A stretch of DNA of 64,000 nucleotides from contig RHPI01003009.1 in the NCBI GenBank assembly GCA_009103225.1, positions 210,091 to 274,090 of the forward strand, given 5' to 3'. This document shows positions 49,206 to 60,389 of this stretch, piece by piece. The position numbers and the translations under genes are program-made. The notes beneath the pieces are model-generated. The model had not been told where the DNA came from and made no database searches. It saw only the letters and a program-made list of their open reading frames with translations. The number at the start of each line of letters is the position of its first letter. Within the stretch, counting starts at the first letter, position 1. The DNA is from Chlorokybus atmophyticus. Its lineage: Eukaryota > Plantae > Mesostigma and Chlorokybus algae.

Positions 49206-52200
49206 ACATGGTGGAGGAGGAGATGTTGCAGCCGGGAAACGGCTCACCTCAGTAGCTGGAGAGGCTCCTGCTGAGGTGGTAATGCAGCCTCACTATGATG
49301 TTGAATGTCCAGCGGCTGGCGTGGAAGCGTTGTTGACGGTTGGCGGCATGTGCGCAACGGCAACGCAAAGCGGTATGGTTCGAGTGCCCGACAAGGCGAG
49401 GCAGCTGTTGGGAGTCGTGGCTCTGATCCGTGAGGGCAATGGGCCATGGATGGAGTGCAAGATGCTGGTGGATTGCGGCGCAAACAGCAATTTCATGAGT
49501 CGCGAGGTTGCGCGTCGGCACAAGTGGTTGTCATGGGCAAATGCCGGCTCGGTGGCGCTAGCGGACGGCTATGCGCTAGCATGAGGAGCTTCCAAGCAAA
49601 GCAAAGAGCTTGAAATGCACGTAGGGATGATGAAGGATCGCCTACGGTTTTGCTGCATCGAGCTGAACAATGGCTTTGATGACATTTTGGGGCTGCCTTG
49701 GCTTTGGTCACATAACCCCGCCATTGATTGGAGGAAGCGGGTGCTCACTACCCCGAAAGCTGGTGGTGAGGTTTTGATGTGCTTCAATGCTTCAATGCAA
49801 GGCGCGTGTGTGGTTCAAGAGCGTGTGAGCTGCGTCGAGGCTGCTAGCAATGTGCTGCATGCGCGTGACGCGCACGACACGACGGCGCGCCAGCAAGCTG
49901 CACCACAACATGCTTCTAGCTCAAGGGGAGGGGTTCCAGAGCTGGTGTCACAAGTTTCTAAGACCAAGATGGAGCAGATCTGGTCCGGGAACAATGTGAA
50001 GGATGCATGGCTGTGCATGGTGCGTGAGACACCTCCCAAGTCGGACTTGGAGCTGGTCGGCACTGGTTCGGAGAGTTCGAAGGACCCCGAGGTGCAGAGG
50101 TTGCTTGAAGAGTTCAAAGACGTCATGGTGGATGGGCTACCAGCTGGTCTGCCGCCCACGCGAAGTGTTGATCACCGTGTGGAACTGATAGAGGGCGTGC
50201 ACAAGCCGCCGTACCGACCGGTGTACAAGTTGTTTCCGGCTGAACTCGAAGAGGCGAGGAGCCAAGTCGAGGACCGTCTACAACGTGGGTACATCAGGCA
50301 CAGCAAGTCTCCTTACGGTGCACCTATCCTATTTGTACGTAAGAAGAGCGGAGCCTTGCGCATGTGCATCGACTATCGGCCACTCAACAACATCACCAAG
50401 AAGATGTGTTCCCTTTGCCACGCATTGATGAGTTGTTGGAGCAGCTCGAGGGTTCTGAGTTCTTCTCAAGCTTGGACCTAGCCGGTGGCTACCATCAGAT
50501 CCGTGTTGCGCCCGAAGACGTTGAGAAGACGGCTTTCAACACTCGCTATGGCCACTATGAGTGGTTGGTGATGTCCTTTGGCATGACAAATGCTCCGGCA
50601 ACCTTTCAAACCTTGATGAATGAGGTCTTTGCTGATCTGATTGGCAAGGGCGTGCTAGTGTACCTCGACGACATCCTTGTGTACACAAAGAGCAAGAGAG
50701 AGCACGTGGCATTGTTACACGAGGTGATGCAGCGTTTACGTACACACAAGTTGTTTGCTCAGCTCAACAAAGTGCCGCTTCTTGCTTGAAGAGGTAGAAT
50801 ACCTTGGCCACATTGTATCCAAGCAAGGAATCAAGGCAGATCCAAGCAAGCTTGCCGCGGTGCGCGATTGGGCTGCCCCGAAGGACGTGAAGGGTGTCAT
50901 GTCGTTCCTAGGGCTTGCCGGCTACTATCGTAAGTTTGTAAAGGGCTTTTCGCACTTGGCGGCACCATTGACGGCATTGTTGAGGAAGGGGGTGGCTTGG
51001 AGCTGGTCGGAGGCTGCAACAAAGGCATTTTCCGACTTGAAAGAGGCCCTGACATCGGCTCCCGTGCTGCTGCATCCCAACATGCAATTGCCCTTTGTGG
51101 TGGCGTGTGATGCGTCCGACAAGGCTATTGGGGCTGTTTTGCAGCAGGATCACGGCAACGGCTTGCAACCGGTGGCCTATTTCAGCAAGAAAATGAGCGG
51201 GGCTGAGCTCAACCACCCCGTTCATGAGAAGGAATTGCTGGTGCAGGTGCTAGCGCTACGGCAATGGCGTTGTTTCCTTGAAGGCAAGCGGTTCACACTT
51301 GAGACGGACCACTCGCCATTAAGGTACCTTCAAACGCAGCCTCACCTCTCACGGCGGCAAGCTCGTTGGCTCGAGTTCTTCCAACTCTTCGACTTTGAAG
51401 TGAAGTACAAGCCGGGCTCTTCAAATAAGGTTGCGGACGCATTAAGCCGTCAACTCAACGCGCTTGAAACGGTGGTGCAAGTGCAGCCCAAGTGGCTTGA
51501 CCAGATCCGTGCCTTATTGCATGAGGACGCGGTGAGGGAAAAGACCATTAAGGCGTTGGAGAATGGGACTGAACATAGCGGCCTTTGGGCATTGAAGGAC
51601 GGGCTGCTATGGCATGGCGATCGCATGTACATACCCAACATTGCGCACATGCGCGTGGCATTGATGAAGGAAGCGCATGATGTGCCAATGGCTGGTCATC
51701 GAGGGCTGGAACGGACACTAGCTTTGTTGAAACAGAAATTTTTTTGGTCGGAGATGCATCGTAACGTTAAGGACTATGTGGCATTATGCGACACTTGGCA
51801 AAGGGTGAAGGCGAGCAATCAACGCGCCAGTGGGCTGCTCCAACCATTGCCGATACCTTTGACGAAGTGGGAGCAAGTTACTCTTGACTTCATCACGGGG
51901 CTGCCACGGGCACGTGAAGGGCATGATGCTATCTTGGTGTTTGTGGACAAGACTAGCAAAATGGTGCGATTGGCGCCATGTACGGAGACTTGCACAGCTC
52001 CCGAGGCTGCCAAGTTGTTCATCAAGCATGTGGTGCGCTCTCATGGCCTTCCAAAAAGCATTATCAGTGATAGAGCCCCGCGGTTTACTGGCAACTTTTG
52101 GAGAGCTCTCCACGCAACTCTAGGCGCGAGCTTGAAGTTTAGCACCGCGTACCACCCTGATACGGACGGCCAAACGGAGCGCGCCAACCGCGTCATTGAA

Positions 52201-52962
52201 GACATGCTACGGTGCTATGTGAACATCCGCCAAGACAATTGGGGAGACATGCTGGAGCTGATTGAGTTCACCATTAACAACTACAAGAGTGCAAGCACGG
52301 GTGTGACACTTTTCCTTATGAACTATGGGCAACATCCATTGACGCCATTGACGGCGTGGGTGCCTAGCATGCAAAGTTCAGATGTAGAGGCCGTGGACGG
52401 CTTTCTTGAAAGGTGTGCCGACATTACCAAGACAGCTCGAGAGGCTCTGCTTGTGGCGCAAAACCGGCAAAAGCAATACGCAGATGCGCGTCGCAAGGAT
52501 GTTGTGTTCGAGGAGGGTGACCTTGTAATGCTTTCAACCAAGCATGTGCAGCTGGTTACGGGGGTGCGCAAGCTGAGTGAGCGATGGTTTGGGCCCTTTA
52601 AAGTGATCAAGGTCATCTCGAAGGTGGCCTACGAGCTGGAGCTGCCCAATACCATGCATGTGCACCCTGTTTTTCATGTCTCGCTTCTTAAAGGTTATCG
52701 AGGGGAGCCACCAGCTCATCCGCCTCCAGATGTGGTTCGTGAAGGTGAGGCTGAGTGGGAAGTGGAAGCAATTGTCACGGACAAGCTGATCCGAGGCGTG
52801 CGCAAGTATTTGGTGAAGTGGCGTGGCTATCCAATGCACGAGGCGACATACGAGCCCGAGGAGAGCTTTACCAATGCCAAACAGGTCTTGCAAGACTACA
52901 AGGCCAGAGGAGGCAGTCGTCATCTTCGAGGACAAAGCTCCCCCGGGGGGGAAGGGGTGTAA
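49206..52962 (+). pseudogene. gypsy pol (PR-RT-RH-INT-chromodomain) with stops and frameshifts
   Basis: [34 protein letters not shown] zinc-finger remnant, LDFITGLP, GQTERAN, EWEVEAIV...YLVKWRGY. Frameshifts near 50405 and 50765. Confidence 0.92.
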
Positions 52963-54420
52963 CAGCCTGGGGCATGTTTTGTATTTTGTTGTACATAAAG
53001 TACTTATTTTGCCTTTTTTGCTGGCTTGATGAGGGCTTTTATGAGCTTTATAAAGCCCATGTGGCGCCTGCCCCTGCTGCAGCGCGCGACTCGCCTGCGA
53101 CCTGCTCGACAGCAGCTAATTCGGCGATGTGACCCACCTGCCACACGATTGTGACACAGCCGCTGACTGGACACGCGCTGTGCAGTGCCAGGTGACGCGG
53201 ACTGCACAGTCACACAGCCGCCGAAGGCCCAATGCGCATGGCGGGGAGCCTGCACTTGGACCTGCCCTTAGATTTGATAGTGAATAATGAAATGCCTGTT
53301 AATTAGGCTATTTCTTCCTAGTGCTTATATAAATAGAAAAACCCTGTGTAATGCAACCAACTTTGTTTTCTGCTCTCTGCTGTGAGTATGCTGGTGCATG
53401 CTTGAGGGAGTTGTGGTCCAAGGCACACTGCTGCGTTCTTGCTTGGCGTGAGAAGTAGTAGTGTTCGTGTGCGTGGGCGCGCTCGACACGTGCGTGCGTG
53501 CGCGAGTGAAGGCAAGGTTCCGGTGTGAAGATTGTGCTCAGCTGCACACATGTGTTGCATGACTTGCGTGCTGTGTATGTGAGCACGAGCATCGTTACAA
53601 TCGTGCTGGACAATAGCCAAGAGCTGCATACGAAAGATCAAGCTGCTAAGTTGCGCAAGATGTGTGCTGACCGGGTTAACATTCGTTGGTTACGGACGTA
53701 TGATAACTACGGGGCCTCTGATGACATGGGCGAGGACTACCAGAAGGCCGCCAAGAAATTTCGGGTAAAAATGAATCTCGATGGAAAAGATGAAGGTGAT
53801 GCAGCTGTTGTTGCTCTGAAGAAAGTGATGGGTCATGAGGGTGTTTATGCGGATCAACTGCGATTGGCGCTGCTGGCGCACACATTGGGCATTCGCATTG
53901 GCACCGTGCAGCTCAAGGAGGTTGGTGACTGCAAGTACATCCTATGAAGCGGAAGACAAGGGAGTACTCAGCAAAGGGGATGACGGGAGGTATTATAAAC
54001 CCGATGATAAAGGAAAGCTGCAGTATATCAAGCTTGTGGTGCTGATTGGCGAGGATGTTCAAAAAGTGGCTGGCCAAGTGATTACTGGCAATACAGACGC
54101 GAGCAAGGCCTGCGCGCAATACATGTCTCTTGGCGATGTGAGTGGTAGGCTTCCATGGCAGCTCTGTGACATGCCACCAAAAGTCCTGCACTGCCTGTGC
54201 CCTGACGGTCCTCCGCAGTCAGCATCTAGTGCCACTCCAGGCGCCTACATCCTCAAGTAGACCCCCTATGCAATCGCAAGCTGGGTGTGTGCAAGAGGCT
54301 GAGGCCCATGCCAAGGGAGAAGGCAAGGTTGAGACCCAGGCAAGCGCGAAGGTCCAAAAGCCAAAGCTGAGGATGGGTCTAGAGTGCATGAAGAAGGTCG
54401 AGGCCAGCTTGAAGCAGCAA

Positions 54421-54665
54421 GCACAGGACAAGGCCAGGCAGAAGCTTGCTGAGGCCAAGGCCAGGCAGGCGGGCGAGGCGAAGACCAAGGCTGATGCTGA
54501 AGCCAAGACCAGGCAGGAACAGGCTGAGGCCAAGGCCAGGCAGGCGAGCGAGGCGAAGACCAAGGCTGATGCTGAAGCAAAGGCCAGGCAGGAGCAGGCT
54601 GAAACTGAAGCCAGGGCCAGGCAGGAGCAGGCTGAGGCTGAAGCCAAGGCCAGGCAGGAGCAGGT
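54421..54665 (+). repeat. coding tandem repeats (AEAKARQ / AKTKADAEAK; Ala/Glu/Lys-rich coiled coil)
   Basis: Repeated GAGGCCAAGGCCAGGCAG units in ORF 54142-54891. Confidence 0.85.
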
Positions 54666-54933
54666 CAACCAACAGGTTAAGGTGGAAGTCCAGAATCAGG
54701 CGGAACCCATGAGCCCAGCTGATGAACAGGTGAGCACTGACATGCTGTCTGCGTGCAAAAGCAAGTGTGGAGTTGCGCAATGTGGCACCGAGCTTGATGC
54801 AATGCAAGGCAATGAGAGCTCTGCTGATGAATCTGGCACATCAACTAGTAGTCTTTCCTCTGGTGTTCCTCGTCGTGCCACCACAAGCTAAAAGTGCAAA
54901 CGCCGTCGTACTCGCAGCCGAGCTCCTGCGCAA

Positions 54934-55150
54934 ATGGACAACACCCCTACCGGCGCTTTTAAAAAGCTGCGCCATCTGCGGCAGGCAGGTCGCAAAGTGG
55001 ATGAGTTTCACGCGCAGTTTGAACATCTGTGTATGGTTGCCAACGCAACAGCGCTGCAGGTGGATGATGCCCTCAAACTATAGCTTTTTTTCAAGGGGCT
55101 TAGGAAAGGAGTGCGCAATTGCGTTGCGAAGGCCAGAATTGGCGGGATGA
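54934..55150 (+). pseudogene. retrotransposon gag (capsid CTD)-like domain
   Basis: GAFKKLRHLRQAGRKVDEFHAQFEHL...DALKL*LFFKGLRKGVRNCV; in-frame TAG at 55081. Confidence 0.5.
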
Positions 55151-55606
55151 TTGGTTCAACGAGCTTGTGCGCACTTGCAAGCAAAATGAAAACGAGCTGC
55201 ATGAGACTTTGCAAAAGCACCGTCTTTATCGAGAGAATTTCCGCACGCAAAGCATACCCATGGAGATGTTAAAGTTGCAAAAACACGAACACATTGATGA
55301 TCGGCGGCAAAGCAAGAAACTAGCCAAGAAAGTGTCAACATGAGCGTGAGCGAGCAGTGATAGGCCAGTAGCCAACACTCAAGCAGCAGGAGCAACTAAA
55401 GCATCAACTCTTTCAGGAGCGTGAGCAAAAGCGGCAGGAGCGGAAGCAACAGTGCAAGCAGGAGAAGGAGCAGCGGAAGCAGCGGCGCGAGCACAAAGAG
55501 CAGCAGCAGCGGCAACCTCAGTGAAACCTTACCATTCTGCAGGTGTGATCACAAATGAGACAGTGGCAATCAAGAGAGCTTACAACTGCAAAGTCCTCTA
55601 CGTGTC

Positions 55607-57240
55607 TCAGTAAAAAGGAGGGTAATCGATATTGAAACCTATCGCTTCCAGCAACAGCCTGCCCACATGTTCAGAGTAAGTCGGTGAAATAGCATTCTTG
55701 ATTTCCGATTCCGCATCCATCCACTCCACCTGCATGGCGGACTGCCACCCTGCAATCGTACCATGGCAAGATGCTTGGCCGTATACCGGGTATATTTGCC
55801 TCTCCCCAGGTAGCAACCGCCGGCGCTGCTCCGGGTGGGTGGCCAGCTCTCCAAGTGCAGAACCAGTGTGGTTGCATTTTAAGTCTGAGCGCACTAGAGG
55901 GTTTGTTTCAAAGATGCGATGGCGATACACATCCAACTTGAACATGCTGCCACGCAGCTTAAGGTGAGTTGTCATGTGTCATGACGCGCCTGCGACAATC
56001 TCTATCACCCATGCCTTGCCGCTTGACTGCGACGTGGCTCTTATGGGGTCAATCAGGTTGACGTGATCCCATCGATATCCGTATGCGGACCGTTGTGTCA
56101 TGGGAATGGCTCCATTAAGAGCTTGGCATGGAGGACTTGCCCATACTGCATTGTATGCTGACAGGTCAGCGTCCGGTGCATCCATTTGGCAGAACTTGAA
56201 TGGGTATGCCGGCTGTGGCTTATTGTCTATACCCTCAACATCAAACCCAGCCCTGTACAGACCCATAGCAACACCACCGGCACCACAAAAGAGATCCAAT
56301 GCGCGTGGCCTGTAACGTCTACCGCTTGAGTCGCATGGTGTGCGAGTTACGAGAAGGGGTGGTGGCCTGGGCCAGTGATCGAGCTTGCGACCAGGCAAGT
56401 CTTGCAGTCTCAGACAGCTTTGACCACCAACTCGAACCATCACTGTAACGAAATCTTGCATGTTGTAACCCTCACGCACAGCTGCGATGTTCCGGTTTTT
56501 TAACAAGATGTGGTGCAGCCGCGGGTCCTCATAGTCGTCGTACTTGATGGTATGTTTTCTCGAGCCACATGTTTTACTGAGCCAGTGCTTGCGTGAACAC
56601 GCGCACGTACATCACATGCTCTGCATTATTTGGACACATGTACCTGTGTTGGCATTGAAAGTGATGATGCGGCGTGCATACCAGGTGCTCATTCCAGGCC
56701 AATATACCATGACGCGGCTTGCTACCAAAGACTGCCCCTCATCAACAATCTCCTTTCGCCACGCACTTATTGTCGCGGTATCGTCAATTGCGTCAACTAC
56801 TGCTACATTCCCCTTCAACATTGAAGAGTGAGTTGCTTACATATGAGAGCGCTATTTGTGCGCCAGGACAGGACAGTTCAACTCACTTTGTTGTTGTGAT
56901 CATCTAGGACGGTGGACTTGCCGCGACCGTTGCGCGCGAGCTGACGTCGCACCACATCACACTCCCGCCCATTTTGGTATGCTCCGGGTCAAGGCAGGTG
57001 ATCCATGGGTCGCCGGCCCACTCAAACTCGGAGAGCGAGCATTGCAGGCAAATGCATTCCTCGACAAAGAAGTCTAGCTTTATGTATTTTGCTTGAAGCC
57101 TGCACTGCTTCACATTATCTCCCCGGGCCTTATGGTGCCAGCAGGCTTAATAGAAGCCATACTGCTCACTGTACAGCTTGCACTTCTCTTCAAGCTATTG
57201 CAGCCGTTTCAAGTTGCCGTTTCTAACCAAGTATGCTCTG
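55607..57240 (-). pseudogene. Tudor-fused prokaryote/phage-type C5 cytosine DNA methyltransferase (MTase domain 55607-56320; one in-frame TGA at 55979-55981)
   Basis: Motif I ALDLFCGAGG, GFDVEGID, motif IV ASPPCQ, VIEIV (ENV position), GSMFKLDVYRHRIFETN, AMQVEWM...NAISPTYSEHVG. Upstream Tudor-like LVASRVMVYWPGMSTWY...KHTIKYDDYED. The 5' extent is tentative. Confidence 0.8.
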
Positions 57241-57559
57241 CAAAAACTGTACACCTTGACGCCGCGCATACTGCCGCCACGCAACCTACCATTCAAACCC
57301 TAGTAGCTGATGCACTTCGCGGAAGAAAAACTGGAGCACGTACGCAAATTACGGAGCACATCCGGATTGAAGCCGTGGCTTATACTGGATCTAGCTTTCA
57401 ATTTAGGATCAGGATTGACGGCTCTAAACCCTAATTCTACAACAGCGATGCTAGAGCGGCGGCGGTATCAGCTCAGGGCTCTAGATAGTTTGGTGGTTGT
57501 ATGCCAGGATAATAGTTGCAAAAACAACTTTGTGGCATGAGCTACAATCGCAGGTGTTT

Positions 57560-59550
57560 CTGCGAGGATTGCCAAGGGAGCAAAGTGGTCACACACAAGC
57601 ACATTATTAGGGCCAAAAACCATGAGTACCATGGCACAAGAATGTGGATGGGCACTCCTAAAGCTGTTGAACCGCAATATCGTGATCTTCTCGAACCCGA
57701 TGAACTTGAAGAACCTGACGCTGTTATTGCTGCTGCAACCTGCTGGTGCATGAGGCACAGTCTGAGGTGGAGCTGTTCTTCCCGCGGACTTCGCTCACAA
57801 TGATGCTGCACCTCCTTGGCCATCTACCAGAGCAATGCATGTGGCTTGGTCCGGTGCGCGATCACTGGGAGTAGGCCGATGAACGATTTATGCAGTGGGT
57901 GAAGCGCATGATTTTTGCCAGGCAGCATGTGGAAGCAAGCATCTGCAGAAGGCAAGTCTGGGCCAACTGAAAGTTGCATGCAACCTTTTCGTACTCTCGT
58001 TCTTTGACTTGTGTTAAATGCAAGTTATGTCTGCAGATACTCCATCCAGCTCATGTTAAACACTTATATAGACACTTTGAAGAGGCTTTTTGTCGGCATC
58101 AGTCTGCGATCGGGCAAAGAGCGAGATGTTGACGACGATGTCCTCTGCGGGCGCAGATACCGTGTTGAGTGTGAGAAAGATACCAAGATCAGGCAGGAGC
58201 TGGAGTGGTGGTTGGTCAAAAATGACGATGAGTACAGGCAGCTAAAAGAGTAAGATGCTGTAGCAATCGTTGTTTGGTACGCAATGTCGCCTGCATATTA
58301 TAAGTCCACAATGGGTTGGTAAGCAGAGAATTCAGTCAGGCTATTCACAAACGGCGGAAGACACGCGAAAGGGCCAAAGCACAAGGGAATCTCGTGACCA
58401 ATGACATGGAGCACATGACTGAGCTGCATCATTGGCGTGGACCTGATAGGGAGCTTACATAACACGAGATGGAGCTGTTGAGTGGTCCCATTTTTCCAAA
58501 GTACATCATGAGGTACTACAGAGCGCGCTACAAGGACATTGGCCAGTTCAGAGCAAAAGACACTAAGAAGAAGCTCCGTATCAAGGACTGCGGAGCGTTT
58601 ACCGTTAGGCGTGACTCAAATGACCCAACCAAGAAGATCCACTGGTATGGCAGGGTGCTGTGACGGGAAGGTACATCAAACCACCACAAATCGGCAATAA
58701 AAGCATCAAGTCTTTTGTGGTCGAGTGGGCTGTGACATTGATTATCGAAGCTTGAGACCCGGGTTCGATTCCTGCCTTGCACACAAATTCCGCGGTCGTT
58801 GTTTCTCGATCCGATAAAATCGTAAATGGTCACTTCATAAGTGCCATCATTGATAGGTCGCGACTTACCTAATGGCAGTCGCGTTGGACTGACCAGTTCA
58901 GTTGGCGCGGCAGGACGCAGCCTGCCTATTGCGATGCGACCTGTGGGGCCGGCAGCGGTGCGCTATGCGCGCGGTGACCGGTATGGGCCTAAATTGGCCG
59001 GTCCTTGAGTAGTGGGGCCGGTGACCGACCCTAAATCAGACCCCTGGGAAGATTCCCAGCTGATGGGCGCCAGCTGCCGAGGATGTCAGCGTTCTTAAGT
59101 GGGGGGCAATGGAACGGGAAGGTACATTAAATTACCACAAATCGGCCATAAAAGCATGAAGTCTTTTGTGGTTGAGTGGGCTGTGACAGGTGCAGTCTTT
59201 TCATGTTGTCATGGTAGCCGGTTGAGAGCACCAGCTCCTCAGAGCGAGGTGGTACATGAGCAACCAGGTGCAGCACATGGGAGGCTTTGCAATCCTGAGG
59301 AAAGACAAGCCCCGCTTTGCAGAACAAACCTACCTTGGTTGCAACCTAGTAAGTAGGTGTGTTGCAGCAGTTTTTGCGAGTTAATAGTAGAGTGAGATTG
59401 GGTGATACATGTCCTTGCTGGCAGGTCAAGGGCCAATGGTTTGAGGGTATTGACCCGTATGACACCAAAATAGCAGTAGCGCTTGTCGAAGACAGGAGAA
59501 GCCTCATGTGCCGAGGTGTGCACCGCGACACTCCGGTGAGAGCAAATTTG
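57560..59550 (+). pseudogene. CACTA/EnSpm TnpD transposase, C-terminal half (DUF4218- and DUF4216-like), spliced and degenerate
   Basis: KNHEYH; ELFFPRTSLTMMLHLLGHLPEQCMWLGPVRDHWE*ADERFMQWVKRMI..RQHVEASI; WYGRVL...SFVVEW. The DDE core was not found. Confidence 0.8.
58738..59113 (+). mobile_element. 376-bp insertion with a Pol III B-box (SINE-like), flanked by 75-bp direct repeats
   Basis: GGTTCGATTCC near 58762. Repeats at 58663-58737 and 59114-59188 (6 mismatches). Confidence 0.55.
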
Positions 59551-59790
59551 TTTGTGAGAATCTGGGTGTCCTCATAGTTTTCCGGGTCCTAGCATCACAT
59601 ACAACCATCTTGTGTACATGCATATAGTGCAGGGTGACCACTGCGAAACCAACAGCGCTTCGCGCAAGGTGTCATGGACCACACGCCGTGACTGATATTT
59701 TGAGTACATGAGGTACTCTTTGCTATTGTGATGCTGCATATACCTACTGTTGTGTGACTGCAGATCTGGGCACCTGACCTTGGTTTGCAG

Positions 59791-60130
59791 GATGAGACCA
59801 GGGCTAGAGCTGGATGCATTGGAGAATCGTGAACACGAAGACTATTGCTTTGTCTGCAAGGATGGCGGTAGCATATGTGGCTGTGATGCAGAAGGCTGCT
59901 GGAAAAGCCACCACGCACGCTGCGTCACTGTACCACGTGTGGAAGATGACCATTGGGAATGCCCAAGGCACAAGTAAGCTTCAGTATTCAATGAATGCAT
60001 GGTGTCTAAAGTCAACAAATTCTACAATGATCACTGGAACGCAGGTGCCATGTGCACAGATGCAATGAACCAGCTCGACAAGTATGCGCGACATGCCCAA
60101 ACAGCCTCTATTTAAGTCATGCTGTTGGTA
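59791..60130 (+). pseudogene. NSD-type PHD finger plus C5HCH module (two exons)
   Basis: HEDYCFVCKDGGSICGCDAEGCWKSHHARCV...WECPRH|KCHVHRCNEPARQVCATCPNSLYLSH. Confidence 0.8.
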
Positions 60131-60389
60131 ACATCTTTGCGGTCACATGCTCGCAATGCGCTGCATACGAAGAAGGTGGGGCTCCGGCACAGCTTTTAAG
60201 GGATAGCCTCGCGCGTCGTGCTCTGCCGGGCAGCAGCGGTAGGGTTTCACAACCACCGACTGAGAGCGTGGGTAAAAGCTTTGTTCAAGAGTGCAGGGAT
60301 GAGGATATGAGTGGTAAGCAGCAACGTGCTGGCGCTTCTTGGTTTGCGTTGCGGCGCTGATTGCATAATCCTACCTTTTTACGCTGCAG

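Larger units (their letters stand above)
47475..53599 (+). mobile_element. full-length chromoviral Ty3/gypsy LTR retrotransposon, inactivated
   Basis: 642-bp TG...CA LTRs (47475-48116, 52958-53599; about 18 mismatches by hand count). PBS TGGTATCAGAGC 48118-48129, PPT 52945-52957, TSD ATTGT/ATCGT. Confidence 0.97.
46960..54260 (+). pseudogene. OTU-like cysteine protease ORF interrupted by the chromovirus (parts 46960-47474 and 53600-54260)
   Basis: YADGNCFYSCIAQS (Cys 47376-47378). FLRSIV|LDNSQE rejoins across the LTR element. VYADQLRLALLAHTLGIRI and AQYMSL sit where HY is expected. Stops and frameshifts present. Confidence 0.65.

Noticed and set aside
57395-57440. RIRIDGSKP as the first catalytic Asp of the EnSpm transposase
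   Set aside because: Too close to KNHEYH to hold the DDE domain, and surrounded by stops.
58710-58785. Functional tRNA gene
   Set aside because: A- and B-box-like motifs are present, but no acceptor stem forms and the 5' part is duplicated transposase coding sequence.
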